Shown here piece by piece: positions 48,151 to 57,548 of a DNA stretch of 64,000 nt (position 1 is its first letter; every line of letters begins with the position of its first letter). Location: sequence record PP763259.1, one strand, 5' to 3'. The notes beneath the pieces were generated by a model that was given only the letters and a program-made list of their open reading frames with translations, searched no databases and was not told where the DNA came from. A program made the position numbers and the translations under genes. This DNA comes from Acinetobacter phage Ab15.

Positions 48151-48825
48151 ATGTTTAGAGTTGCGTTAATAGGAAGTCGTGAGCTTGAGAAAAACCCTAA
48201 GTATCATGATCAAATAAAATTCTGTTGGAATGTGTGTTTGGCTTGTGCTCAACAAGGATATACATTCACATCAGGTCTGTGTGAGTTGGGTATGGATGGT
48301 ATTGCACAGAAAGCTTATAGTAAAGCAATGGAAAATGGATGGGTGACTGAAAAGAACTTCGAAGTTTATGTTGCTACACAGAAAAACATTGATCGAAGTT
48401 GTTTACCTAATAAACATTTAGCTGTTGTAAGAAATCCAGACTTAATTAAAAAGTCTGAGGAGATTGCTAAATCTGTTATGGGTGAATCGCATTGGTCTAG
48501 ATGTAATGAATGGGCTAGAGGGATGCATAGTCGTAATTGTCATCAGATTCTTGGTTATGATTTAGAAAGTCCAGTTGATTGTGTTATCTGTTGGACACCA
48601 GAAGGTAAGATACAAGGTGGTACTGCTACAGCAATTAAACTTGCAATGAAATATAACATCCCTGTATTTAATCTTGGTATTTCTGACAAAGAAAAGGTAG
48701 TTCAGGACATTATTGAATTTTTGAAAGGAAAAGGTGTTTATGAATTTAAGGAGAGAAAATGTGTCTCCATCAATCTCAAAAACTTGTTGACAAACCTTCC
48801 GAATACCCCTAAGATTCAACCATAA
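48151..48825 (+). CDS. DprA/Smf-like (SLOG superfamily) Rossmann-fold protein
   Basis: VALIGSR...SGLCELGMDGIAQKAY...HSRNCHQILG...GGTATAIKLAMKYNIPVFNL follows the DprA register (SGxAxGiD...RNRii...SGsLxTA...PvfavP). Confidence 0.45.
   Translation: MFRVALIGSRELEKNPKYHDQIKFCWNVCLACAQQGYTFTSGLCELGMDGIAQKAYSKAMENGWVTEKNFEVYVATQKNIDRSCLPNKHLAVVRNPDLIKKSEEIAKSVMGESHWSRCNEWARGMHSRNCHQILGYDLESPVDCVICWTPEGKIQGGTATAIKLAMKYNIPVFNLGISDKEKVVQDIIEFLKGKGVYEFKERKCVSINLKNLLTNLPNTPKIQP
48787..48815 (+). promoter_or_regulatory. sigma70-like promoter (TTGACA-17-TAAGAT) inside 3' end of upstream gene
   Basis: tgTTGACAaaccttccgaataccccTAAGAT, 36 bp before 48851 ATG. Confidence 0.45.
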
Positions 48826-48850
48826 GATAAACACTTAGTTTGGAGTTAAA

Positions 48851-49678
48851 ATGTTAAAAAAGATTGCTTTAGTTGGTATCATGGTTGCTTCTGCAATTTC
48901 ATTCACAGGTTGTACACGAGTTACTGATGCAGAAGTTGGTGTAAAGACTAGTTTCACTGGTAAAATTTCTGATACACCACAATATCAAGGGTTGTACTTC
49001 CCTTGGGTATATAGCTTAGATAAATTCTCTACACGTAACCTGATTATTGATGTTTCTGGTCAGCCTATTGTTGAGAATGTGCAGATGGATGGTATGACAA
49101 TTCGGGTAAACTACTCAATCAAACCTGAACTTGCACCTGAAATGTGGAAAACACAGAAGGCACAACATATGGTTCGTGGAGGTGGTGAAGGAGATGAAAA
49201 ACGTGAGATATTCCTCATGGGTTTATATGTTGAGACAATCTCTCGTAATGTCATGATGGATGTGGTTAAGAACTACAAAGCCTTAGAGGTAAACTCTAAG
49301 CGTACAGAGATTGAGCCAATCTTAAAATCTCAGATTGTGAAGACAATCAATGCCAACGGTCGTGGTAAGTATGTAAATATTAATGAGGTGGTTATTATTA
49401 ATTCACAACCACCGAAATCTGTAATGGATTCCGCTAAGCGTTACTTGACATCACTAAACGACTTACGCACAAAGCAGAATGAAGTAGAGATTGCTAAGCA
49501 AGAATCTGAGCGATTAAAAGCTTTGGCTTCGCAAGCCAATGAAACCACTCTAGACTACATGCGAGCACAAGCCCAATTGAATAACTCAGAGGCAATGATG
49601 GAAATGGCTCGTAATAAGAGTGCCAATAAGTTGATCATTGCACCAATGAATATTACTTCATTAGGTAAGTTGGACTAA
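48851..49678 (+). CDS. SPFH/Band-7 (prohibitin/flotillin-like) lipoprotein
   Basis: Signal peptide + lipobox MLKKIALVGIMVASAISFTG-C. Central beta/alpha SPFH-like region and C-terminal E/A/Q-rich helix (EVEIAKQESERLKALASQANE...AQAQ). Confidence 0.5.
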   Translation: MLKKIALVGIMVASAISFTGCTRVTDAEVGVKTSFTGKISDTPQYQGLYFPWVYSLDKFSTRNLIIDVSGQPIVENVQMDGMTIRVNYSIKPELAPEMWKTQKAQHMVRGGGEGDEKREIFLMGLYVETISRNVMMDVVKNYKALEVNSKRTEIEPILKSQIVKTINANGRGKYVNINEVVIINSQPPKSVMDSAKRYLTSLNDLRTKQNEVEIAKQESERLKALASQANETTLDYMRAQAQLNNSEAMMEMARNKSANKLIIAPMNITSLGKLD

Positions 49679-49685
49679 TTGATTT

Positions 49686-49714
49686 GGGGAGGGAGACTTC
49701 CCCTTGTTTATTTT
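49686..49714 (+). terminator. probable intrinsic terminator (ggggag...cttcccc + ttgtttatttt)
   Basis: Imperfect GC hairpin followed by T-rich tract between SPFH gene and next gene. Confidence 0.4.
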
Positions 49715-49724
49715 GGAGGCTGGC

Positions 49725-50195
49725 ATGTCGTGGTTTAAGCGATTGTTTGGCACAAAGATTGTACAACAACATAACATTGTTTCTGGTGGATCAGTAGTTG
49801 CTGGAGACTATGTTGGGAGAAATAATAAAGGGGGTGGTTCGATGGGTTTTAGTGTAAGTATGTCTGGTGGTTCTGTTAATGTAAATGGCAAAACATACAC
49901 AGGAAAGAATATCCAAATCAACGGTGATCAAGTTATCATTGATGGAGTTGTGCAAGAAGGTGCACCTTTGGTTGGTCCTATTAATGTCACTGTCAATGGT
50001 GATGTGGAATCACTTCGAACTGTTTCTGGTGACATTACTGTAAATGGTTCTACAGGTTCAATTCAAAGTACATCAGGAGATGTTCAAGTAGGTGGTGATG
50101 TGTCTGGAAATGTGCAAACAGTCTCTGGTGATGTATCGTGCAAGAAAATTGAAGGGGATGCACGTACAGTATCTGGCGATATAAAAACCCGTTAA
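49725..50195 (+). CDS. beta-repeat protein (bactofilin-like V-x-G-D-[VI] repeats)
   Basis: Start at ATG 49725 (MSWFKRLFG) after ggagg. About 7 repeats of T/VxSGDVxVxG every 12-14 residues. Confidence 0.45.
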   Translation: MSWFKRLFGTKIVQQHNIVSGGSVVAGDYVGRNNKGGGSMGFSVSMSGGSVNVNGKTYTGKNIQINGDQVIIDGVVQEGAPLVGPINVTVNGDVESLRTVSGDITVNGSTGSIQSTSGDVQVGGDVSGNVQTVSGDVSCKKIEGDARTVSGDIKTR

Positions 50196-50388
50196 GGAGT
50201 TATTAAGTGAATGCATTTATCTTGTGGTTTATGGTATTTATGCTTTACCTTTTGGTATGGCGTGTGGTAAAATTGTATAAAGAAGATAAGGTTGGGGAGT
50301 TCTTTACAATGATGTGCATTGTAATGCTGCCAATACTAACAACTGTTATCTCTAAAGCTGTATTAAGTAGTTAATTAGGAGAAAATAT

Positions 50389-50736
50389 ATGTCAAAAAAT
50401 TCACATGTGAATACATTGGAAGTTGTAAATGGTGGTAATCCTGTCGTTAGTATTCAAGATTTGAACACTGCACGTAAAAACAAGTTGTTCCATGATGGTT
50501 TACAACGTGTATATGAAAAGATGTACCGTAGTGGTTTTATGAAAGATACCACACCAAAACAACAAAAGATGATTGAGGAAGAACCAATCATGATGTTATC
50601 TCGTGAGCTATATCCATCACGACAAGCGTACCGACATGCATTACGTAGTTGGGCTAAGCAGAAAGAGCGCTTTGCTAAAGCTGACTCTCGTGGATTGCTT
50701 CCAGAGCACTTAAAGGTTCACTTAACTGGACTTTAA
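50389..50736 (+). CDS. hypothetical protein
   Basis: 115 aa, RBS aggagaaaa. Confidence 0.4.
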   Translation: MSKNSHVNTLEVVNGGNPVVSIQDLNTARKNKLFHDGLQRVYEKMYRSGFMKDTTPKQQKMIEEEPIMMLSRELYPSRQAYRHALRSWAKQKERFAKADSRGLLPEHLKVHLTGL

Positions 50737-50758
50737 GACTTACCTTAAAGGACCATAT

Positions 50759-51388
50759 ATGGTCCTTTTTGATTTAAAGGTGATAGAAATGAAAAAACGA
50801 GTTTATGGTGTAGGAATCAATGATTCTACTTTGCAAGTATGTCAGAGTAAAAAGAAACTTCCAGAATATAGGTTGTGGTGTAAGATGCTGGAGAGATGTT
50901 ACAGTGATTTTTATCACAAAGAGCATCCAACCTACAAGGGATGTGAAGTGGAACCCTTTCTCCTATCCTTCACAAACTTCTATAATTTCGTAAGAAGTTT
51001 AAAGGGTTTTGGTGAGGTTGATGAGAAAGGTAGACCCTTCCAGATGGATAAGGATATTTTAGTTAAAAGGAATAAAACTTATGGGGTTGACACTATTTGT
51101 TTTGTACCACAAGAGATAAATCTATTTCTTGTCAATGCTAAACTGCTTAGAGGTGAACTCCCAGTTGGTGTTGATTATTGTGAAGGGAATGGTAAATATC
51201 GTTCTAGGTTGAGGGTGTTTAATAAGAAAAAGCATCTAGGGTATTTTTCTTCTGTTGAAGAAGCGTTTGCTGCATATAAAGTTGCAAAAGAGCGACACGC
51301 TAAAGTTTTAGCTTTAAAATGGAAAGACAAAATAGACCCTAGAGTATATAACGCACTTATGAAATACGAGGTGAGTATAGATGACTAA
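50759..51388 (+). CDS. AP2-domain endonuclease-like protein (homing-endonuclease-associated DNA-binding domain)
   Basis: C-terminal KHLGYFSSVEEAFAAYKVAKERHA is an AP2/HNH_3-associated DNA-binding motif. N-terminal YGVGINDS...EYRLWCKMLERCYS. Start uncertain (50759 or ATG 50789). Confidence 0.4.
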   Translation: MVLFDLKVIEMKKRVYGVGINDSTLQVCQSKKKLPEYRLWCKMLERCYSDFYHKEHPTYKGCEVEPFLLSFTNFYNFVRSLKGFGEVDEKGRPFQMDKDILVKRNKTYGVDTICFVPQEINLFLVNAKLLRGELPVGVDYCEGNGKYRSRLRVFNKKKHLGYFSSVEEAFAAYKVAKERHAKVLALKWKDKIDPRVYNALMKYEVSIDD

Positions 51389-51581
51389 ATACAAAGTTGG
51401 TGATAAAATAAAGGTGGTAGCTACCAAGTTACAACAACGAGATATAGGAATTACATCAGTAAATTTGAAAGGTGAGATTGGGGTTGTGAAATCAATCTGT
51501 AGTGATGGGGTTACTGCAAATTTTAAGAAAGGTGGCGACTGGTCCTTACGCTTTAGTGATATCCAAAAAGTGGTTGAGTAA
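51381..51581 (+). CDS. small KVGD-family protein (divergent member)
   Basis: YKVGDKIKVV...GEIGVVKSI...DIQKVVE. Confidence 0.4.
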   Translation: MTKYKVGDKIKVVATKLQQRDIGITSVNLKGEIGVVKSICSDGVTANFKKGGDWSLRFSDIQKVVE

Positions 51582-51604
51582 TTGTTGTGCAAGTGTAAAT
51601 TAAT

Positions 51605-51633
51605 TTGACAATAATAACTTTTGATGATATACA
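51605..51633 (+). promoter_or_regulatory. sigma70-like promoter (TTGACA-17-TATACA)
   Basis: aatTTGACAataataacttttgatgaTATACAt, 34 bp before 51668. Confidence 0.5.
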
Positions 51634-51667
51634 TAAAGAACTATTAAACTTTTAAGAGGAATATTTT

Positions 51668-52099
51668 ATGGATCATCAAGAAAAATTTGATCAAAATCAA
51701 CCAGAAACTTCAAAACACAAGGGAACACCTTGGTTAGATTGGCTTCGTGGTACTATTGGCACCCTGTTAATTGTTATTGCAGTTGGTGCTTTTGTTGCGA
51801 ATAATCAACAACAACAATCCAACTCTATTGTAACTGCTATTCAAGCTTTGAACAAGGATAAAATTCGAGAAACATACTCTTCAAGTAACTATAATATTGC
51901 CATGACATGTGGCATGGATGGTAACTACCAAACTGCCTCTAATGTTTTAGAGCTAAGTGATGTCAAAGTTAAAACCCTTAATAGTATTGTGCTGTACGAT
52001 ACTGGTATTGTAATGGCAAACTTTAGTGACAACACAAAGTTTATCACAGATATTAAAAACTGCACAATAAATGTTCAGAAACTAACTAAGGAGTCGTAA
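51668..52099 (+). CDS. hypothetical membrane-anchored protein
   Basis: 143 aa, one TM helix (GTIGTLLIVIAVGAFVA). Confidence 0.4.
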   Translation: MDHQEKFDQNQPETSKHKGTPWLDWLRGTIGTLLIVIAVGAFVANNQQQQSNSIVTAIQALNKDKIRETYSSSNYNIAMTCGMDGNYQTASNVLELSDVKVKTLNSIVLYDTGIVMANFSDNTKFITDIKNCTINVQKLTKES

Positions 52100-52249
52100 T
52101 ATGAGGGAAATTTCTAAAGAGGGTATCAAAAGAAAAGTTAAAGATTGGTATAACCTAGCAGCAACACATCCAAGGATTACCTATGCGATATTCTTGGTGG
52201 TTGTTTTTTCTTTAATACTTTTAAATGCTGAATAATAACAGGAGGTTAT

Positions 52250-52816
52250 ATGGGGATCAGGGGGACTGGTGACTATATTCGTGTGGCTGTTTCTCAAGAG
52301 GCAAAAGCTGCACTTGCTCGGAAGTTATTGCCTTTAGAGAATGTCAAAGATAAATATAGTGCATCAGCACAAACACAACTAGGTTTTCCTTTTGGGGGTA
52401 ACCTAGGGATTCCCTACACCTTAGAAACTATGAAGAGGCGCTATGTAGATTTCCTTGGTGAGAATGAGATTAAGATTCTTAGGTATATGATGCGGATATC
52501 TTTATCCTCAATTAAGTATGGAATGTATACCAAGCAAGATTACGCTATGGTGAACTTCACAAGCTCTATTGTATCACCTTATCTCTGGGATGTGTTTAAA
52601 GAGTGGCTAATCTCATGTGGATTTACTGTACGAGAGGATATTCGAGAGACAGTACTAATTCAAGATTCTTACAATCAAGGGTCTGGAAGGTTTAAACTAA
52701 TGTACGGTGCAAAAATCTTTTGGTCAAAAAAATCTGAAGAAAATGTTGACTTGTTAGCTAAGATTGGTGTAGGATTAGGTATCAAAAATGGTTATGACCT
52801 AGAGGAAATCTTATGA
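52250..52816 (+). CDS. hypothetical protein
   Basis: 188 aa, RBS caggaggt. Confidence 0.4.
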   Translation: MGIRGTGDYIRVAVSQEAKAALARKLLPLENVKDKYSASAQTQLGFPFGGNLGIPYTLETMKRRYVDFLGENEIKILRYMMRISLSSIKYGMYTKQDYAMVNFTSSIVSPYLWDVFKEWLISCGFTVREDIRETVLIQDSYNQGSGRFKLMYGAKIFWSKKSEENVDLLAKIGVGLGIKNGYDLEEIL

Positions 52817-53199
52817 CCGAATTAGTTAAACAAGAAGAGAAAACTTCTGAAGATGAAATCATAAAAGTTAAAAAGAGTGTTGTTGTAGAGTATATCCTGA
52901 AGGATAGAAAGCGACATATGAAAATGCAACAAGAACGTTACCGACATATGCGTGAAGTTGATAAAATTAACATGCGTATCTTATTAGGTCATGGTGCAAT
53001 GTGTTTCCTTTTAGTTTTAATTTTTCTTTGGAATGTCATCGACATTATTGCAACACGAGACTTTTCAGCAGTCCTTTTGGGTGCATTTAATGTAATAACC
53101 TTGTTTATGTTTGCTACTCAAATCGATAGTGCATTACACTGGTGGGATGAAGAAGAGGAAAGAACAGGAGGGTATCTTGCCGACACAGAAACAGACTGA
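52813..53199 (+). CDS. hypothetical membrane protein
   Basis: 128 aa, two TM helices. Confidence 0.4.
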   Translation: MTELVKQEEKTSEDEIIKVKKSVVVEYILKDRKRHMKMQQERYRHMREVDKINMRILLGHGAMCFLLVLIFLWNVIDIIATRDFSAVLLGAFNVITLFMFATQIDSALHWWDEEEERTGGYLADTETD

Positions 53200-53662
53200 T
53201 TCACTATACGTTGAAATGCTAGAACCCCTGAAGAAACGCTCTCATGGGGTTAGAGCTAAAGTTGGAGCAATCTTGGTGACCCAACAAGGTAACCTTCTGG
53301 TTGGAATTAATGGGCTACCTAAACAGCTTGGAAACAAGTTGGAAATTGAAGAGGTGGTTCTAGAAAGTCTGTTCGGACAGTCACCTAGATGGGTTCTCAC
53401 AGGTGAGTTAATAACTAAACCTACAGTTATCCATGCAGAGATGAACTGCATTTTAAAGGCTGCTAGAGAAGGAGTTAGCACAGTTAATTCTACTGTCTAT
53501 GTAACGCTATCACCATGTGCTCATTGTGCCTCTATGCTTGTTTCTGCTGGTGTAAAGCGGTTGGTTTATGTTGAGGATTATCGTGATCCTTCTGGGTTGG
53601 ATGTTTTAAGACGATGCGATGTGGAGGTGGTTAAGTATGAGCCTGAAAAGAAAAATGGCTAG
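53147..53662 (+). CDS. dCMP deaminase (CDA-fold zinc deaminase)
   Basis: HAEMNCI (His/Glu zinc-catalytic motif) and PCAHCAS (Cys-x-x-Cys). ORF opens at 53111. Likely start ATG 53147. Overlaps upstream gene. Confidence 0.7.
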   Translation: MKKRKEQEGILPTQKQTDSLYVEMLEPLKKRSHGVRAKVGAILVTQQGNLLVGINGLPKQLGNKLEIEEVVLESLFGQSPRWVLTGELITKPTVIHAEMNCILKAAREGVSTVNSTVYVTLSPCAHCASMLVSAGVKRLVYVEDYRDPSGLDVLRRCDVEVVKYEPEKKNG

Positions 53663-53930
53663 AAAGGCCCTAGAGGATTGGTCAGAGAAGACAACTCCAG
53701 AGCAATTTGTTAAAGAACATGAAGGTATTATTTTTGTGGAGAAAGAACCTACAAGATGCTTGAGGTGTCAAATTGGATGCTATGTTCACGATGAATGGCA
53801 AGAGGAAATAGGTAGAGGTAGAACAGTAACAATAGTTAGTGAAATTTGTGAAAGTTGTGGACATAATTACTATAGTGAAATGGCTAGGTTAGCTGAAGAA
53901 TGTTACCAAGCAAGTGAGAAAGAGGTGTGA
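53619..53930 (+). CDS. hypothetical zinc-ribbon protein
   Basis: CLRCQIGC...CESCGH four-Cys arrangement. Confidence 0.35.
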   Translation: MWRWLSMSLKRKMARKALEDWSEKTTPEQFVKEHEGIIFVEKEPTRCLRCQIGCYVHDEWQEEIGRGRTVTIVSEICESCGHNYYSEMARLAEECYQASEKEV

Positions 53931-53933
53931 TGT

Positions 53934-54263
53934 ATGAATATGTTGGAAGGGTATCTGAAAAAGAGAATGTTGGGTTGTGCTTTTAAAGGTATTATCCACC
54001 AAGGTCCTAGCAAAGAAAAATTTCAGGATGCTGAATTTCTACTTACAAGAATTTCAAATCGCTATGTTTGGGGACATCCTGTAGGGCATCCAAAGAAGAA
54101 ATTCTGCTTTAAATTGTCCGAAGTTAGATTTTACTTTGATGATCAACAATTGGAACCACATCAATCATTTATGTGTAAGTTGATGGAATCTCTATCTGAT
54201 GTTGAAGATGATCTTGAAAGTGGCTTTCTAGGTTCCCTTATGGGCAAAACAAACCAAACTTAA
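53934..54263 (+). CDS. hypothetical protein
   Basis: 109 aa. Confidence 0.35.
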   Translation: MNMLEGYLKKRMLGCAFKGIIHQGPSKEKFQDAEFLLTRISNRYVWGHPVGHPKKKFCFKLSEVRFYFDDQQLEPHQSFMCKLMESLSDVEDDLESGFLGSLMGKTNQT

Positions 54264-54286
54264 AATTTAAATTAGAAATTTACCAA

Positions 54287-54319
54287 CCCCTAGTGCTTGA
54301 CATTAGGGGTATTTTTTTT
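54287..54319 (+). terminator. intrinsic terminator (ccccta ... tagggg + tattttttttg)
   Basis: 6-bp stem, 11-nt loop that itself contains TTGACA, 9-T tract. Confidence 0.6.
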
Positions 54320-54360
54320 GCTTAAATTAAACTTAGTAGATAACCTAAAGGTTAATTTTT

Positions 54361-54801
54361 ATGACAACTTATGTATATGTTGAAATGTCTGAGGGATTGA
54401 AATCCCCAGTGGGTAAACTCCACGAGGTTGATACCTCAATGATTTGTATCCATAAAGATACACTATTTGAGGGATTTCCAGAAGTAAACTTCGACATGTT
54501 GATGGAAACCTTGAAAGAACACCTCAATGAATTTGAAGAGTCAACCTTCTTGAAAAACTGGCAGGGTGTGGGTTATATGAAAAATATACCACAACATCAA
54601 TTTGCACTCAGAATGGTTGAGAAGTATAAATTATTTCAAGCTCTTGATGAAATGGAACTTGATGGTTTTGAATATGATGAATACGCTAATGGTGTTGTTC
54701 AAAGTATGCTGGCACTGTTAGATGATTTATTCAATTATGGGGATACCATTGAAGTGGTCAAGATTATTTACGCTGGTGAAGTTAATAACCTGTTTGGGTG
54801 A
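54361..54801 (+). CDS. hypothetical acidic protein
   Basis: 146 aa. Confidence 0.4.
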   Translation: MTTYVYVEMSEGLKSPVGKLHEVDTSMICIHKDTLFEGFPEVNFDMLMETLKEHLNEFEESTFLKNWQGVGYMKNIPQHQFALRMVEKYKLFQALDEMELDGFEYDEYANGVVQSMLALLDDLFNYGDTIEVVKIIYAGEVNNLFG

Positions 54802-54811
54802 GGGTTTTTAA

Positions 54812-55021
54812 ATGAAAGAGAAATGGACTATTGCTGCTGCTGTGGCTTGTAGCATCTTAATCCTGTACTTCTGTGCACTATCACAAAATAAAGCTAAAGA
54901 GGCTCAGTGTGATGGAGAAACGCGATTTTATGCAAGTGGTGGGAGAATTTATGCTTGTGACAACTACAAGAAAACACCTCAAGGTCAGCAACAGGAATCC
55001 AGTAAATGGACAAACAATTAG
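54812..55021 (+). CDS. small secreted/membrane protein
   Basis: 69 aa, N-terminal hydrophobic segment IAAAVACSILILYFCAL. Confidence 0.35.
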   Translation: MKEKWTIAAAVACSILILYFCALSQNKAKEAQCDGETRFYASGGRIYACDNYKKTPQGQQQESSKWTNN

Positions 55022-55209
55022 TTTTGAACTATTTAAGGACCTGTAGTTTTTCTTACATAAGACCTATGTATCGATCCCTACAGGTCAGATCTAAAGAAAT
55101 GTCTTTGAATAAATTTAGAAAGTTTTTAAAAGATATGGAAAAAGAAGGGTTAATTGAAGAGGTTGAGATACTTCCTCACCATGACTTTCCTTGCTGGAGA
55201 TTAAAATGA
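55006..55209 (+). CDS. hypothetical small protein
   Basis: 67 aa. Confidence 0.3.
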   Translation: MDKQLVLNYLRTCSFSYIRPMYRSLQVRSKEMSLNKFRKFLKDMEKEGLIEEVEILPHHDFPCWRLK

Positions 55210-55424
55210 CATTCTTTAATGAAGGGCGTATTGGTGGAAAAGATGAGGTAGAGTTGGGAACTAGGGTAATATCAAGTCTCAATGTGCACAGTTTCAATAA
55301 AGTCACCTACGAGTTTTCCTTCTTGATTTTTGGTGATGAGTTTGATAAAACTATCTACACACGCTTTGATATAGATTTTAATATCGAAGACCATGAAGAA
55401 TTTATCTGGAGAGATGATGGGTAG
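55191..55424 (+). CDS. hypothetical small protein
   Basis: 77 aa. Confidence 0.3.
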   Translation: MLEIKMTFFNEGRIGGKDEVELGTRVISSLNVHSFNKVTYEFSFLIFGDEFDKTIYTRFDIDFNIEDHEEFIWRDDG

Positions 55425-55698
55425 ATTTCAAATAGGTGAGGTTGCTATACTGGAAACCATCCCTGAAATTTTAAAAAGGGATTTAGCCATTTGTAAAATT
55501 CATGAAGGTGCAGTATGCAAAATTCTTGATATTATTGGTGATGGTAAAACACTGGTTATTGGAAATGAGAAATGGGACTGTTCTCAAGAGGTTGATGTTA
55601 TGAGACGTGCCAAAATTAAACCGCCAGAGAAATATTCTACATATAATGGTAAAGCTATACGTATTAACACTTTATTTTTAGGAAAAATTTATGGATAA
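55393..55698 (+). CDS. small-barrel family member (divergent; ...IGEVAIL...GAVCKILDI...GNEKWDC)
   Basis: 101 aa. Loose match to the KVGD/NPxW family. Confidence 0.3.
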   Translation: MKNLSGEMMGRFQIGEVAILETIPEILKRDLAICKIHEGAVCKILDIIGDGKTLVIGNEKWDCSQEVDVMRRAKIKPPEKYSTYNGKAIRINTLFLGKIYG

Positions 55699-55757
55699 TA
55701 TGAGCAGTAGAGATGTCATTTTTACAGTGGCAGCTATAGGAATATTTTTCTATATGT

Positions 55758-56174
55758 TTGGATTTTGGTCAGCTTACTTTATTTTTACCTAATAGGATTC
55801 CTATGAAACAAATTATTTTTCTAGATGATGAAAGAGTTATCCAAGACGTAACTTGGATAGACTACTCTCAATGGTCAGGTGCTTATGTTATTTCTCAAAG
55901 TTCAGCTTCTCGTTTAATTTCGTACATTAAACATTATGGGAAATACTTTGACTGGGAAAATACTTTGTTTTCCTTAGACCATGACCTTCAGGATTTTGAT
56001 GGGGAGGAAGAGTCTACAGGTTATACTTTCATTAAATGGTTGGTTGACTTTATGGTTGAGAACGAAATTTCTTTAAAGTACCTCCATGTAGTTGTGCACT
56101 CACAAAACCCTATTGGCAAAGAAAACATTGAAAAATATATCAGTAATGCTAAACTACACTATTTAGAATTCTAG
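55758..56174 (+). CDS. hypothetical protein
   Basis: 138 aa. Confidence 0.35.
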   Translation: MDFGQLTLFLPNRIPMKQIIFLDDERVIQDVTWIDYSQWSGAYVISQSSASRLISYIKHYGKYFDWENTLFSLDHDLQDFDGEEESTGYTFIKWLVDFMVENEISLKYLHVVVHSQNPIGKENIEKYISNAKLHYLEF

Positions 56175-56180
56175 GAGATT

Positions 56181-56399
56181 TTGATGGGATATTACAAAGT
56201 AGGTGATGTAGTTGAAATTACCAAACTAATAGCTTTAGATGAAGAACTTGGTATAAAAGTTGGGGATATTGCGAAGGTCCAACGAGTAAAAGATTACGAT
56301 GATGGTGATCATCATATCATCTGTTATAATCCAAAATGGGATAGATTAACTGATAGATTAAGACGAATGGTCCCCCGACAGTTAAAAAAGGTGAAGTGA
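56181..56399 (+). CDS. KVGD/NPxW small-barrel family paralog
   Basis: YYKVGDVVEI...GIKVGDIAKV...ICYNPKWD. Confidence 0.55.
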   Translation: MMGYYKVGDVVEITKLIALDEELGIKVGDIAKVQRVKDYDDGDHHIICYNPKWDRLTDRLRRMVPRQLKKVK

Positions 56400-56629
56400 T
56401 GAGGGATCGTCTACATGTTGATATAAAACTTGGTGACAAAGTAGTCGTATACTTTGCTATGGGTATTGACAAAAGGTACAACATAAAAGATGGAGATGTT
56501 GCCAAGGTGATACTAACTGATCAAGATGGTGCTTGGTGTTATAACCCTAATTGGAAAGTTGTAGAAGGTCAAGACCTTAAGATTAAAGCTAACTATATGT
56601 CATCTACACAAATAGAAAAGGTAAAGTAA
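56396..56629 (+). CDS. KVGD/NPxW small-barrel family paralog
   Basis: KLGDKVVV...IKDGDVAKV...WCYNPNWK...QIEKVK. ATGA overlap. Confidence 0.55.
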   Translation: MMRDRLHVDIKLGDKVVVYFAMGIDKRYNIKDGDVAKVILTDQDGAWCYNPNWKVVEGQDLKIKANYMSSTQIEKVK

Positions 56630-56631
56630 AT

Positions 56632-56862
56632 ATGAGTTACGATGCTGATAAATTCGAATATGGCGATAAGGTTGAAGTTATGCAGCTTTGCACATTTGAT
56701 GCAACGTACAACATTAAAGTTGGTGATGTAGCCAAAGTAAGATTTGTTCAAACTACATTTAGTGGTGAACAATATATTGAGTGCTACAACCCTGAGTGGG
56801 ACCATGAGGGTATTGGTGGTGATCGGAACATGCTGGCTTGGCAAATTAAGAAGGTAGGCTAA
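56632..56862 (+). CDS. KVGD/NPxW small-barrel family paralog
   Basis: YGDKVEV...IKVGDVAKV...ECYNPEWD...QIKKVG. Confidence 0.55.
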   Translation: MSYDADKFEYGDKVEVMQLCTFDATYNIKVGDVAKVRFVQTTFSGEQYIECYNPEWDHEGIGGDRNMLAWQIKKVG

Positions 56863-56873
56863 GGAGGTGATTA

Positions 56874-57095
56874 GTGGGAAAATATAAAGTTGGGACTAAG
56901 GTTAAAGTTGTGAAACTAACTCAGGGCGACTTTGATAGGGGTGTTCGAGTAGGACATATTGCTAAAGTTCTTGAAGTAAGGGGTTTAGATGGGGCTGCCT
57001 ATTGTCACAACCCCGAATGGGATTATAGAGGGTTACAACGTCAAAGTAGGACAATGTTACCCCACCAAATTGAAAAATGTGAGGTGCACAAGTGA
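56874..57095 (+). CDS. KVGD/NPxW small-barrel family paralog
   Basis: YKVGTKVKV...VRVGHIAKV...YCHNPEWD...QIEKC. Confidence 0.55.
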   Translation: MGKYKVGTKVKVVKLTQGDFDRGVRVGHIAKVLEVRGLDGAAYCHNPEWDYRGLQRQSRTMLPHQIEKCEVHK

Positions 57096-57325
57096 GTGTA
57101 GATTTTAGTCAAGATAAAAGTAAAGGCAAAGGTTTACCAATTGAGGAAATTCGTTATCGTGCACCAAAATATGCTACACATTATGAAATTCAAGGAAATG
57201 AGGTGGTATACTACGCTAAGGACCAAATAGGTCGTTGGTGCTATGTCGATGATGAAAGTGGTGGAGGTTGGCCTACACATTCTTGTGAATGGGATCGTCT
57301 GGATAATGAACTGAAGCCACTTTAA
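57092..57325 (+). CDS. small protein, divergent family member (C-terminal CEWDRL)
   Basis: 77 aa. Only the C-terminal half resembles neighbours. Confidence 0.35.
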   Translation: MSVDFSQDKSKGKGLPIEEIRYRAPKYATHYEIQGNEVVYYAKDQIGRWCYVDDESGGGWPTHSCEWDRLDNELKPL

Positions 57326-57326
57326 T

Positions 57327-57548
57327 GTGGTTTTACTTTTTGGAGATTATGTGATGTTGAAAGTTGGTGATAAAGTAGAGGTGATAGAGGTTTTAGCTGC
57401 CGATGAGTGGGCTAATATTAAAGTAGGTGATGTTGCAAAAGTCACTGTGGTGAGAGGTCCTTTTTGGATTCAATGTGAAAATCCTGAATGGGTAGACGGT
57501 TTCATGCCTATGAGAGAATACCAAATCAAAAAGGTAGGTAATTTATGA
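57327..57548 (+). CDS. KVGD/NPxW small-barrel family paralog
   Basis: LKVGDKVEV...IKVGDVAKV...CENPEWV...QIKKVGNL. Confidence 0.55.
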   Translation: MVLLFGDYVMLKVGDKVEVIEVLAADEWANIKVGDVAKVTVVRGPFWIQCENPEWVDGFMPMREYQIKKVGNL

